DNA of 64,000 nucleotides from Eledone cirrhosa (lineage: Eukaryota), in contig OZ024747.1 in NCBI GenBank assembly GCA_964016885.1, positions 84,134,001 through 84,198,000 on the forward strand. The letters are read 5' to 3'. A model generated the notes under the pieces. It did no database searches. It was not told where the DNA came from and saw nothing but the letters and a program-made list of their open reading frames with translations. Within the stretch, counting starts at the first letter, position 1. The number at the start of each line of letters is the position of its first letter. Below, one piece after another: positions 1-13,510 of the stretch. The translations under genes were made by a program, and so were the position numbers.

Positions 1-149
1 ATGATATATTTACATATATGTATATATATATATGTATATATATTATATGTGTATATATATATATATATACTTATATATATATGTATATATATTATATGTA
101 TATATATATATATAAATATATTTATATATATGTATATATATTATATGTG

Positions 150-231
<82 letters not shown>

Positions 232-294
232 TATACATATATGTATATATATATGTATATATATTATATGTGTATATATATACATATACTTAAA

Positions 295-650
295 GAAGAA
301 AAGAACGTTCTTTTCTTCAAGTTTATCATATTATTATTTGTGGTATATAAATGTTGAGATTTGACGAAATAAATCACTGCCAATACTGGAATTGAAATAT
401 CAAGACCGTAGAGGTATTTCATATATCAAATCATATATTTTATCTGACGAGGACGTACTGGAAAAACAACAACACAGTACCTTCGAAATATATATAATAA
501 AGCATATATTTGGATTATGTGAATATCTTCATTTGTTAATATTTTGAATAATATTGAAACTCAAGGAAAATTTCAATGTTGAGTGCTTTTAATCTATTGT
601 AAAACTGTATTCATTGAGTAATCAATGAACCATATTAATCTTTGATCATA
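295..650 (+). mobile_element. PLE-type 3' terminal fragment (family A) in (TA)n, with 5' palindrome
   Basis: (TA)n on both sides; starts with perfect 24-bp palindrome GAAGAAAAGAAC/GTTCTTTTCTTC (295-318); contains a hammerhead fold; 3' part is homologous to 9968-10135 and, inverted, to 16950-17100, 25150-25310 and 38630-38775. Confidence 0.65.
438..502 (+). ncRNA. minimal type-I hammerhead ribozyme (C3-G8 core)
   Basis: stem I TTTTAT(438-443)/ATAAAG(497-502); CTGACGA 444-450; stem II GTACTG/CAGTAC; GAAA 485-488; palindromic stem III ATATATAT; predicted cleavage after A496. Confidence 0.6.
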
Positions 651-677
651 CATATATCTATATGTATATATATATAT

Positions 678-745
<68 letters not shown>

Positions 746-1125
746 TATATACATATATGTATATATATATGTATATATATTATATGTGTACATATATATA
801 TACATGTATATATATGTATATATATATATATATTTGTATATATATATATACATATATATATATATGTATATATATTATATGAGTATATATATACATATAT
901 ATACATATATGTATATATATATATGTATATATATATATGTATATATATTGTATGTATATATATATATACACATATATTTATATATATATGTATATATATT
1001 ATATGTATATATATACATACATATATGTATATATATGTATATATTATATGTGTATATATATAAATATATACATATATGTATATATATGTATATATATTAT
1101 TTGTGTATATATATATAGACATATA

Positions 1126-1175
<50 letters not shown>

Positions 1176-1248
1176 CATATATGTATATATATATATATGT
1201 ATATATATTATATGTGTATTTATATATATATATATATACATATATGTA

Positions 1249-1296
<48 letters not shown>

Positions 1297-1319
1297 TTGT
1301 ATATATATATGTATATATA

Positions 1320-1367
<48 letters not shown>

Positions 1368-1399
1368 TTGTATATATATATATGTATATATATTATATG

Positions 1400-1475
<76 letters not shown>

Positions 1476-1480
<5 letters not shown>

Positions 1481-1910
1481 AGTGTAATTTTCTACACAAA
1501 ACGAAGGTTATAGAGAAAATTGAGGTTGGTAATGGCACATGGAATATATAAGAGCCAGAATACTTTTTTGTGAAAAAACATAATTTTATAAGGTAAGGAA
1601 ATAATAGAGGGTATAAAAAATGACCGGTTTCGATGGGTCTGCAAAAGCCATCTTTTCAAATGTTGATTAATATTAAGAAAAATTAATAATACGAAGAGTT
1701 AAAATTTGAGATTTGAAAATTCAAGTATAAAGTTCATTGTGGGATTTCATAGCAGTTTTCATCTAGGTAGCAACAACAGGTTGACTGCTGTGTCCCTTTC
1801 TGGTAGTGAATGAGAAGTTATTTGGGGTGTGGGTTATTTTATAAAGGTCAGATTTAGCAATCACCAACTGGCCAGCTGCTGGTCAGTGAGGGGGTGGAAG
1901 CAATATACAT
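1476..1910 (-). mobile_element. PLE-type 3' terminal region with hammerhead
   Basis: Ends in (TA)n at 1475; carries a hammerhead at 1617-1664; same strand as and downstream of the PLE RT fragment. Confidence 0.5.
1617..1664 (-). ncRNA. minimal hammerhead ribozyme, U3-A8 variant
   Basis: Minus strand: TTGAAAA-GATGG-loop-CCATC-GAAA-CCGG-TC; palindromic stem III ACCGGT; GUC site; stem I weak. Confidence 0.6.
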
Positions 1911-2022
1911 ACACATATCTTCCTGTGGTGGGTAGGAAAGTGGAGCGTGATAGAAAGGGATTTAGTGCACTTACACCTATATATACACACACATACCTTC
2001 ATCCACACATACATACATATAC

Positions 2023-2065
<43 letters not shown>

Positions 2066-2136
2066 CACACATACATACACACACACATACATATACATAC
2101 ACACATACACACACACACACACACATATATACACAT

Positions 2137-2213
<77 letters not shown>

Positions 2214-2254
2214 TATATATATACATACACATACATCCAGATACACACATACAT

Positions 2255-2289
<35 letters not shown>

Positions 2290-2690
2290 CACATACGCAT
2301 ACATCCAGATACACACATACATACACACACGCACACACAATACATACATCCACATGCACACACATACACACACACACACATATACACATACATACACCCA
2401 CACACAGAGAAATGGCCTCCAAATATATATATATATATATATATACATACAGACACATATATTTTTTCCATAATATAAGAAGTTGGGACAGTGAAATTAA
2501 AATACAAGTCATTCTGATCACATTGAGTTCTTCATGTAGATTGGGCCCCGCAACCGACAGTGGTGAATTCTGTGTGCGCATATATATATAGATATATGTG
2601 TGTGCACGTGCAGGGTTTAACATGGATGTGTTGGTCACACAAAGGCATGGTCTGTCAACGAATAAACCTGATTATAGCAGGCCCTACATG

Positions 2691-4158
2691 TTTCACATGT
2701 AGGGCCTGCTATAATTGGCCTGAGTTTTAGGTCTTCTGGTGGTGTTAGTTCAATGTAATTGTTGGTTGAGGTGTCACATGCATCGTTTATGGGTTTACAT
2801 TTGTGGAGTTTCGGTAAGCCGTAAAAAGAGCTTGTATTGCATTTGAAGTGGCTTATATAGTTAAACTCTTTTGTGGTTAAGCTGTTGCGGTATTTATTCA
2901 GTAAGGTCAAAAGGTTCCCCATTGTTTTGGTGTGTTTGTAGTTTTCTGTTTTTTCATAGTATGTGTTGTTTTCTAAAATGTTAAGTGCGAGGGTCCTATA
3001 GTAGTCCGTATTCATAATGACAACAGTACTGCCTTTATCGGCTTCTTTGATAGTTATCTCAGGGTTGTTTCTAAGTGTGAATAATTCTTCCCATTCGTGT
3101 GTAGATAGGTTTGATTTCGTGTGTTTATTTGTAATTTTTTCATAGGGAAAGTTGGTGATGTGTTCGCAGTACGTGTCCAGTGCTTTATTTCTTCCCTTTT
3201 GTGGGCAGAAATTGCTTTTATTTCTAACCAGTGATTCGTCTTCAGTGTTGGTGTCGTTGTGGAAGAATTCCGTTAGTCGCAGCTTTCGGCAGTATTCCAT
3301 GATGTCATCCTTCATTTCGGAGAAGTTTGGTTTACGTGGTGTAGGTGTAAATTTCAGGCCCTTACTTAAAATGTTGATTTGTGTGTTGGTTAGAGGTGTC
3401 TTTGAGAGGTTGATTATTTTTGGTTTCTCCTGAGGGGGGGGGGGGGGGGGGGGGCCATCGAGTATCCTGGTATTTCAGGCTTTTCCCTAAAAAAGGAATG
3501 TAGTTTTGTGTGTGATTATATTTTGTTGGTCTGTTGCGTGTGGGTCTGTAGCTTGTTGTTTCATGAGGGTGAATGTGATGGTGGGGGTGGTATGTGTTGT
3601 GGTTGTTGATGAGCAAGGGTTCTGTTGTTGGTTCATGTGGTCTGGGTGCGTTATTTCTGTGGTACAGAGTGTTGAGGTTGGAGGGTTGTCTTTTGTTGGA
3701 TTGAGGGTGATGTCTGGTGTGGTTGTGGGTAAGTTCTGTTGTGATTTCAAGTGGTCTGGGTGGATTTCTTCTGAGGAATGTGGTGTGTGTGTTGTGAGTT
3801 GGATCTATGTTATTTCGTCGTTGGTTTATGTAGGGGGCATTTCTACGGAAACCTGTGTTGTGGTGGTTGGGTGTGTTTCTTTTGGTGTAGTTGGCCGTAT
3901 TTGGTTTGTGTTGGTGGGGAATGTGCCTGTGGTTAGTGTGTGTTGGGTTTGGTGGTGTAAATGTGTCTGTTGTAGTTCTTGTTATGTTCAAATGCTTTAT
4001 AAAGGGGTTACCTGTTTGGTGCGTCCTTTTAAAGTCTTCTTCATATTTGAGGAACCAGTTTTCGGATTTTTCCCACCGTTTAAGGGAAATAGTTTCTGCA
4101 TTCTCGCAGTCCTGTTTCCACGATTTGATTAAATTTTGTAGGGTTGTTCCCTCGGCCT
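2691..4158 (-). mobile_element. Penelope-like retroelement ORF fragment (N-terminal region plus start of RT), frame-broken and truncated
   Basis: RT frame 2691-3435 reads IINLSKTPLT..LSKGLKFTPTP, IKEADKGSTVVIMN (DKG motif), FYGLPKLHK, LRPIIAG; the upstream frame 3455-4158 is offset at a G21 run (3434-3454); (TA)n at the 5' side. Confidence 0.85.
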
Positions 4159-4261
4159 TATATATATATATATATATATACATATTTGTATATATATATA
4201 TGTATATATATTATATGTATATATATATATATATACATATATGTATACATATGTATCATGA

Positions 4262-4599
4262 TCTATAAAAGGCAGATTGTTGTGTGTGTGTGTGTGTGTG
4301 TTATACATTTGCACAATTTCAAACCGATTCGATTCAAAGTCTGTAAGAATGTTGTAAATGGTCTAACTTAGGTCAACGACTATTTATTTCATTCAAACTC
4401 ACCCACAATTACGGAAATAACCGATAAAACTAAATACATGACGCTTTAACCCTCTAATACAATCTGATTACCTCTCTCTACTCCCCTTAAAATTCGATAA
4501 AACTACATACATGCTGCAACTTTCTCTTATATACGCTTAAACTTACAAACTTCCTTTAGGAACGCCGAAGAAAGAAGAGAGAAAGAAGAGAGTGAGAGT

Positions 4600-4696
<97 letters not shown>

Positions 4697-5471
4697 TTTG
4701 TTTTTGAGTGTGGAACGGTCAAACATTTATTTACTTCAATGACAAAGCGAACTTATTACATTTCATACGAAACAACAATTATTCAAAAGCAACAGATAAA
4801 TTTATTCAACAACAAAAAAAATAGCGATAAATCTTTTTTAAAACATCTCTCAACGAACGCGGAAGAAAGAAGTATCAGTTCATTTACTATACACAATAAT
4901 ATCCTCTATGAGGTCACTAAACCTGCTAGAAACACCAGCTATCTCTCCCCCATATCACACCCCTCCCTACTGTCTCAAATTTAGAAAACATATCCTCTAT
5001 GAGGTCACTAAACCTGCTAGAAACAGCAGCTAACTCTCCCCCCATATCACACCCCTCCCTACTGTCTTAAATTTAGAAAACATATCCTCTATCAGGTCAC
5101 TAAACCTGCTAGAAACAGCAACTAACTCTCCCCCATATCACACCCCTCCCTACTGTCTTAAATTTAGAAAACACACATTAGACAACCATGCAGAACAACT
5201 CCATCGCAGCTCTGTTGTTCGGCTGGCATCGTCTACGGGCGTGTTGCGCAAGTACTGTGAAACAATAAATTTCAACACTTCTTTGCACAGAGATAATATC
5301 CATAGGCGAAACTACAATTGTCACTGCTGGCGTAGCTCCTGCTTCGGCAGTCCAGGTCTGCAATTCATTCACCCAGTGCCTGGCAGACCAAAAAGTGCTG
5401 CCATAAAATGGGTGGTGCAACCTAACTTTGGTAACTTACTGACCCTGAGCAACGCCGGGCTTTAATGCTAG
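4262..5471 (+). mobile_element. non-autonomous Helitron
   Basis: A|TC 5' end (4261/4262); imperfect subterminal hairpin CCCTGAGCAACGCCGGG (5443-5459); CTAG|T 3' end (5468-5471); homologous inverted segments at 34460-34500 and 36460-36570. Confidence 0.7.
4899..5173 (+). repeat. about 91-bp minisatellite x3 inside the Helitron
   Basis: ATCCTCTAT..CACTAAACCTGCTAGAAAC.. recurs at 4901, 4992 and 5084. Confidence 0.9.
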
Positions 5472-5954
5472 TACATATTATATGTGTATATATATATATA
5501 AATATATACATATATGTATATATATATATATATGTATATATATTATATGTGTATATATATATACATATATGTATATATATATGTATATATATATATATAT
5601 ATATGTATATTTATATGTATATATATTATATGTGTATTTATATATATTATATGTGTATTTATATATATTATATGTGTATTTATATACATATATGTATATA
5701 TATTATATGTGTATATATACATATATGTATATATATATGTATATATATTATATGTGTATATATATATATATGTGTATATATATATGTATATATATATGTA
5801 TATATATATACATATATGTATATATATTATATGTGTATATATATATATTTATATATATGTATACATATATGTATATATATATATATATATATTTTACATT
5901 ATAATATGTATATATATACATATATATATATCCATACATACTTATATATACATA

Positions 5955-6001
<47 letters not shown>

Positions 6002-6084
6002 GATATATATATATATGTATATATATAAATATATATATATTATATGTGTATATATCTATATATATCCATATATGTGTATATATC

Positions 6085-6206
<122 letters not shown>

Positions 6207-6218
6207 CATACATACATA

Positions 6219-6292
<74 letters not shown>

Positions 6293-6646
6293 TATCTGTA
6301 TATATGTGTGTATGTGTGTATGTGTGTCTATTTATATATATATATATATATATATACATATGTGCGTGTGACGACCCTGTAAGCATACAGGAGACACTCG
6401 AAATTAACAGGACATTGACTCGGCCTTAAGACAACAATCTCTGCTATGTTATTTAGTACTCGTTTTCGTGACTATCGATACTAGGTAGATGCGAGCTCTC
6501 GCACGTGTCAGTGTGCACGCGTGACGTAAGCAAACGCAGGTCGATATCCGATATGATGTCAATACATCAATACATCTGATTATACAAAGAAATACAAGTC
6601 TGTAATATATTCAGTCCTTTATTGAACTATATTATTCTCCTTCAGT

Positions 6647-6863
6647 ATGGCGGTGGATTGGCTGAATCGGTAGAGGGTCGGACGCCAAGCTTTGCAGCAT
6701 AGAGTTACGGCCCTTTATGATCTGGGTTCAAATCCCGCGGAGGTTAACTTTGCCTTTCATCGTTACTGGATCGATAAAATAAAGTACCAGTAATACACTG
6801 GCGTCGATTTAATAGACTTTCCCCTCCTCCAAAATTGCTGGCCTTGTGTCTATATAAGAAACG
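6647..6863 (+). mobile_element. tRNA-derived SINE (family 1), full length with 16-bp TSD
   Basis: A box TGGCTGAATCGGT; B box GGTTCAAATCCC; conserved core AACTTTGCCTTTCATC..GATAAAATAAAGTACCAG; TSD ATTATTCTCCTTCAGT at 6631-6646 and 6864-6879. Confidence 0.9.
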
Positions 6864-6894
6864 ATTATTCTCCTTCAGTTAATCGAGAGAAACA

Positions 6895-8824
6895 GAGTAG
6901 GTGTGAGTATGTGTGAGTATGTGTGAGTAGGTGTGAGTAGGTGTGAGTATGTGTGAGTAGGTGTGAGTAGGTGTGAGTATGTGTGAGTATGTGTGAGTAG
7001 GTGTGAGTATGTGTGAGCATGTGTGAGTATGTGTGAGTATATGTGAGTATGTGTGAGTAGGTGTGAGTATGTGTGAGTATGTGTGAGTATGTGTGAGTAT
7101 GTGTGAGTAGGTGTGAGTAGGTGTGAGCATGTGTGAGTAGGTGTGAGTAGGTGTGAGTATGTGTGAGTATGTGTGAGTAGGTGTGAGTAGGTGTGAGTAG
7201 GTGTGAGCATGTGTGAGTAGGTGTGAGCATGTGTGAGTAGGTGTGAGTATGTGTGAGTAGGTGTGAGTATGTGTGAGTATGTGTGAGTATGTGTGAGTAT
7301 GTGTGAGTATATGTGAGTATGTGTGAGTATGTGTGAGTATGTGTGAGTATGTGTGAGTAGGTGTGAGTAGGTGTGAGCATGTGTGAGTAGGTGTGAGTAG
7401 GTGTGAGTAGGTGTGAGTAGGTGTGAGTAGGTGTGAGTAGGTGTGAGTATGTGTGAGTATGTGTGAGTAGGTGTGAGCATGTGTGAGTATGTGTGAGTAT
7501 GTGTGAGTATGTGTGAGTAGGTGTGAGTATGTGTGAGTATGTGTGAGTATGTGTGAGTATGTGTAAGTATGTGTGAGTATATGTGAGTATGTGTGAGTAT
7601 GTGTGAGTATGTGTGAGTATGTGTGAGTAGGTGTGAGTATGTGTGAGTATCTGTGAGTATGTGTGAGTATGTGTGAGTATGTGTGAGTATATGTGAGTAT
7701 GTGTGAGTATGTGTGAGTATGTGTGAGTATGTGTGAGTATGTGTGAGCAGGTGTGAGTAGGTGTGAGTAGGTGTGAGTATGTGTGAGTATGTGTGAGTAT
7801 GTGTGAGTATGTGTGAGTATGTGTGAGCATGTGTGAGTATGTGTGAGTATGTGTGAGTATGTGTGAGTATGTGTGAGTATGTGTGAGCATGTGTGAGTAG
7901 GTGTGAGCATGTGTGAGTAGGTGTGAGTAGGTGTGAGTAGGTGTGAGTATGTGTGAGTATGTGTGAGTATGTGTGAGTATGTGTGAGTATATGTGAGTAT
8001 GTGTGAGTAGGTGTGAGTAGGTGTGAGTATGTATGAGTATGTGTGAGTATGTGTGAGTATGTGTGAGTATTTGTGAGTATATGTGAGTATGTGTGAGTAT
8101 GTGTGAGTATGTGTGAGTATGTGTGAGTATGTGTGAGTATGTGTGAGTATGTGTGAGTATATGTGAGTATGTGTGAGTAGGTGTGAGTATGTGTGAGTAG
8201 GTGTGAGTATGTGTGAGTATGTGTGAGTATGTGTGAGTATGTGTGAGTATATGTGAGTATGTGTGAGTATGTGTGAGTATGTGTGAGTATGTGTGAGTAT
8301 GTGTGAGTATATGTGAGTATGTGTGAGTAGGTGTGAGTATGTGTGAGTATGTGTGAGTATGTGTGAGTATGTGTGAGTATGTGTGAGTATGTGTGAGCAT
8401 GTGTGAGTATGTGTGAGCATGTGTGAGTATATGTGAGTATGTGTGAGTATGTGTGAGTATGTGTGAGTATGTGTGAGTATATGTGAGTATGTGTGAGTAG
8501 GTGTGAGTATGTGTGAGTATGTGTGAGTATGTGTGAGTATGTGTGAGTATGTGTGAGTATGTGTGAGTAGGTGTGAGATGTGTGAGTATGTGTGAGTATG
8601 TGTGAGTATGTGTGAGTATGTGTGAGTATGTGTGAGTATGTGTGAGCATGTGTGAGTATGTGTGAGTATGTGTGAGTATGTGTGAGTATATGTGAGTATG
8701 TCGTGAGTATGTGTGAGTATATGTGAGTATGTGTGAGTATGTGTGAGTATGTGTGAGCATGTGTGAGTATGTGTGAGTATGTGTGAGTATGTGTGAGTAT
8801 GTGTGAGTATGTGTGAGTATGTGT
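6895..8824 (+). repeat. 10-bp minisatellite (GTGTGAGTAT and variants), about 190 copies
   Basis: In-register decamers with variants ending TAG or CAT, or starting ATG. Confidence 0.98.
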
Positions 8825-8979
8825 ATCTGCGTGTGTGTGGTGTATTTATCCTTAACTTCTACTGGAGTTGTAGGGACGCCTTCACCATATACAGCCAGTC
8901 ATGCGCACTTAAAGTTGGCTGAACCCATCACTTCTAGGTCTGAGCCCAGCCGATTGCTTCCAGAGAAAAGAGTGAAAGA

Positions 8980-9208
8980 GGGGTGAGTGGCTGAATGAGT
9001 GAGTGATAGAGAGAGAGTGAGAGAGAGAGAGTGAGAGAAACAGAGTGAGTGAGTGAGTGAGTGAGTGATAGAGAGTGAGAGAGAGAGAGAGTGAGTGAGT
9101 GAGTGAGTGAGTGAGTGAGTGAGTGAGTGAGTGAGTGAGTGAGTGAGTGAGAAAGTAAGTGAGTGAGTGAGAGAGTGAGTGAGTTACTGAGTGTGCGAGT
9201 GAATGAAT

Positions 9209-9245
<37 letters not shown>

Positions 9246-9510
9246 TGAGTGAGTGAGTGAGTGAGTGAGGAGAGGCAGCGTGAGTGAGAGGGAGAGGGAG
9301 TGAGTGACTGACTGAGTGAGCGAGTGAGTGAGCGAGTGAGTGAGTGAGTGAGTGAGTGAGTGAGGGAGGGAGAGAGAGAGTGAGAGGGTGAGAAAGTGAG
9401 TGAGTGAGTGAGTGAGGGAGAGAGAGAGTGAGAGAGTGAGTTAGTGAGAGAGAAAGTGAGTGAGTGACAGAGAGTGAGAGAGGGAGAGAGAAACAGAGAG
9501 AGAGAGAAGT
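8980..9510. repeat. (GAGT)n/(GA)n compound microsatellite
   Basis: Direct reading. Confidence 0.9.
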
Positions 9511-9769
9511 AGGAAAGAGATATAGATGAAGAATGACCCTAGTATCGGATTGGAACTTTATTTATCGACCTCGAAAGGGTTTTGAAGACAGACAGCTGAA
9601 ATAACGACTCTCCCCATTGGTCGGTTTATATCTAAAGGTATATATATAATTTTGGATTCTTTCTATATCTACACGACACTTTCTCTCTCTTCCTTTCATT
9701 CTCTATCTCCCTCCTTCAATCTTCTTTCTTCCTCTTCATTCGCCATTTCTCCCTCGTTCAATTTATGTG

Positions 9770-9838
<69 letters not shown>

Positions 9839-9847
9839 ATATATATA

Positions 9848-10248
<401 letters not shown>

Positions 10249-10419
10249 TATATATGTATATATATATATATGTGCATATATATATATGTGTGTATATATG
10301 CATATACATATATACATATATGCACGCACATATATAATATATGTGTGCATATATAAATATATATAAATATATATAAATATTTAGATATATGTGTGTGTGT
10401 ATATATAAGTATATGCATA

Positions 10420-10450
<31 letters not shown>

Positions 10451-10500
10451 GCCTACTTTTTACATTATGATGTATATGTAAGTGTGTATATATATATATA

Positions 10501-10535
<35 letters not shown>

Positions 10536-10617
10536 GTATGGTGTCATATGTCCATTACATATATAACAGTCACATCCTCCATTTCACGATGAGACAACAA
10601 CCTTGAGATTTACTACC

Positions 10618-10619
10618 TT

Positions 10620-10680
<61 letters not shown>

Positions 10681-10772
10681 TTCTGTCTTTCTCTCTCTCT
10701 CTGTCTTTCTTTCTTTCTGTCTTTCTTTCTTGCCTTCATTCTTTCTCTCCTTTCTCTCTGTCTTTCTCTCTC

Positions 10773-10843
<71 letters not shown>

Positions 10844-11337
10844 CTTTCTTTCTGTCTTTCTTTCTTGCCTTCATTCTTTCTCTCCTTTCTTTCTGTCTTT
10901 CTGTCTTTCTTTCTTTCTTTCTTTCCTTCTTTCTTTCTGTCTTTCCTTTTCTTTCTTTCTTTCTCTCTTTCTCTCTTTCTCTCTTTCTTTCTTTCTTTCT
11001 TTCTCTCTTTCTTTCTTTCTTTCTCTCTTTCTTTCTTTCTTTCTGTTTTTCTTTCTGTCTCTCTGTCTTTCTTTCTTTCTTTCTTTCTTTCTTTATTTCT
11101 TTCTGTCTTTCTTTCTGTCTCTCTGTCTCTCTTTCTTTCTTTCTTTCTTTCTTTCTGTCTCTCTTTCTGTCTCTCTTTCTTTCTTTCTTTCTTTCTTTCT
11201 GTCTTTCTTTCTGTCTCTCTGTCTTTCTTTCTTTCTTTCTTTCTTTCAGTCTTTCTTTCTGTCTTTCTTTCTGTCTTTCTTTCTGTCTCTCTGTCTTTCT
11301 TTCTTTCTTTCTTTCTGTCTTTCTTTCTGTCTCTCTG

Positions 11338-11368
<31 letters not shown>

Positions 11369-11381
11369 GTCTTTCTTTCTG

Positions 11382-11428
<47 letters not shown>

Positions 11429-11475
11429 GTCTTTCTTTCTGTCTTTCTGTCTCTCTGTCTTTCTTTCTTTCTCTG
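10618..11475. repeat. (CT)n/(CTTT)n/(CTGT) pyrimidine microsatellite
   Basis: Direct reading. Confidence 0.95.
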
Positions 11476-11896
11476 TGATTTGTAATTTTTGTTAATTGTT
11501 TGTTTTTCTTCTTCTTCATCATGATCTCTTTCTATTCTTTTTGTATGTTATATATGTTTTGTTTTATTGGCAAATTGGTGTTGTTTTATTTTTCCAGATG
11601 TTTGGTGGGTTGCTACCCTCCCACCACCTCGCCACCTAAACGACACACACACACACATATATATATATATACGCACACACACACACACATATATATACGC
11701 ACACACACATACAAACACACACATACACACACATACATACACACACACATACATACACACAGAAAGAAATATAAGTATGCCCGATCTCATATAGGCAGAC
11801 ATACGTACACCCGCACAATCAATTTCATACCCACACACATACACAGACACACTGAAACACGTACAAGCATTTATACTATCACACATATTTATGCAT

Positions 11897-11962
<66 letters not shown>

Positions 11963-11984
11963 GCGCACGCACGCACACACACAC

Positions 11985-12075
<91 letters not shown>

Positions 12076-12429
12076 TGCATAAATACAAACAGCCTCATAA
12101 AACCCAATAAACACACTCATTCCCAAGCTCATACACATACACACACTTATACCCACACTCATACGTATGTAAAATGCACACACATACTCACAAACACGCA
12201 CACGAACATTCTTATGCACAACACACACAGAAGCACGCACATACATATACATATACATACATAGATTCTCATACATATATATACACACATACACATAGAA
12301 ACATATACCCACTCTCTCATAGTCTTTCGTCCACCAATATTCTCTTACACAGACAGACAAAAGTACAGAACGTCAACGACCTCCTCTAAATACATACCAA
12401 GAACAGCTGACTATACATTCTTACAGGGG

Positions 12430-13510
12430 TACAAGGCCAGTAATTTAGGAGAGAGGGAAAGTCGATTTTAACGACCCTAGAATTTGACTGGTACTTTATT
12501 GTATTGACCCCGGAAGGATGAAAGGCAACGTTGAACTCGAAAGAATTTGAACTCAGAACCTAAACAAATACTGCAATACATTTTTCTGACGTTATCACGA
12601 CTCTATTAACGTACCACCCTCACCTTGACGATAATAAGTGATTCTACTTTTGGCACAAGGCCAGCAATTTGAAGGGATGGGGGAATGTCGATTAAATCGA
12701 CTCCCAGGGTGTTACTGGTATTTTATATTATCGTTTTATCCACCCATCCACCCCATAAAGATGAATTCTCCAGCCGCAACCTGGTGCAGTCTGCGACTAA
12801 CCCTAGTTCTGCTGCACGTCGGGCTGAGGAGGCCAAACTCTCCAAATACCGGTCGCTCTCCAACAGGTTTGCGGTCGTACTCTTGGCAATGGAGACTTCT
12901 GGTGGCCTCGGCCCTCGGGCTACCTCCCTCCTCACCACCATAGGCGCTGAGCTGGCCAGCCGCAGGTGTGAGCCCCGCGAGTTGGAATGGCTTTTCCAGT
13001 GCGTCTCCCTTGCCGTCCTTCGGGGACACGCCTTCTCCATTCTGTCCACCGTGCTGTGGGAGGGCCACCAATATAATTGACTGACTTGTCATTTTATCAA
13101 TCAACTGCTGCTGTTATTAACAAATTAACGTACCTGCAAGATGAAAGACAAAGTAGACCTCAGCAGAATCAACGTAGACAGTACTGCAAAGCATTTTGTC
13201 CAACGTTCTAATTTAGGCACAAGTTAGAATGTCGGATCAAATGATTTGCCGTACTGTTTATGTTCTGAGTTCAGTTTCTGCTGAGGTCAACTTTGTCTTT
13301 CATCTTTTAAGCACAAGGCCAGCAACTTGGGCAGATGGAAAGTTCGATATTTCTACTCAACTATTTTACTGGTACTTTATTTTATCGACCTCGGAAAGAT
13401 GAAAGACAAAGTTGCCCTTGACAGGATTTGAACTCAAGAAGTAAAGAGCCGGAACAAATACTACAAAACTTTTTGCCCCACTTACAAAGGATTCTACCAA
13501 TCCATTGCCC
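12430..13510. mobile_element. cluster of family-1 SINE copies, mostly minus
   Basis: CACAAGGCCAG..ACTGGTACTTTATT..GATGAAAG.CAA.GTT motifs at about 12430-12620, 12640-12765 (resuming at 13138), 13225-13310 (+) and 13310-13510. Confidence 0.8.
12766..13137 (+). mobile_element. 3' fragment of a CRE-like RLE non-LTR retrotransposon, inserted in a SINE
   Basis: AARRAEEAKLSKY..AMETSGGLG..EPRE..LFQCVSLAVLRGHA resembles the CRE C-terminus; flanked by AAGATGAA at 12758-12765 and 13138-13145; second copy at 59729-60041. Confidence 0.7.

Noticed and set aside
1-2500. Numerous YI/HT/CV/RE-repeat ORFs here and throughout the window
   Set aside because: Translations of (TA)n, (CA)n and (GA)n microsatellites with no coding signal
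6647-6745. tRNA gene
   Set aside because: A and B boxes belong to a SINE head; no cloverleaf; body and TSD present
6367-6894. Possible solo LTR (TGT...ACA) interrupted by the SINE
   Set aside because: No TSD, PBS, PPT or second copy
6865-8760. 631-aa and 513-aa His/Thr ORFs
   Set aside because: Stop-free reading of the 10-bp satellite
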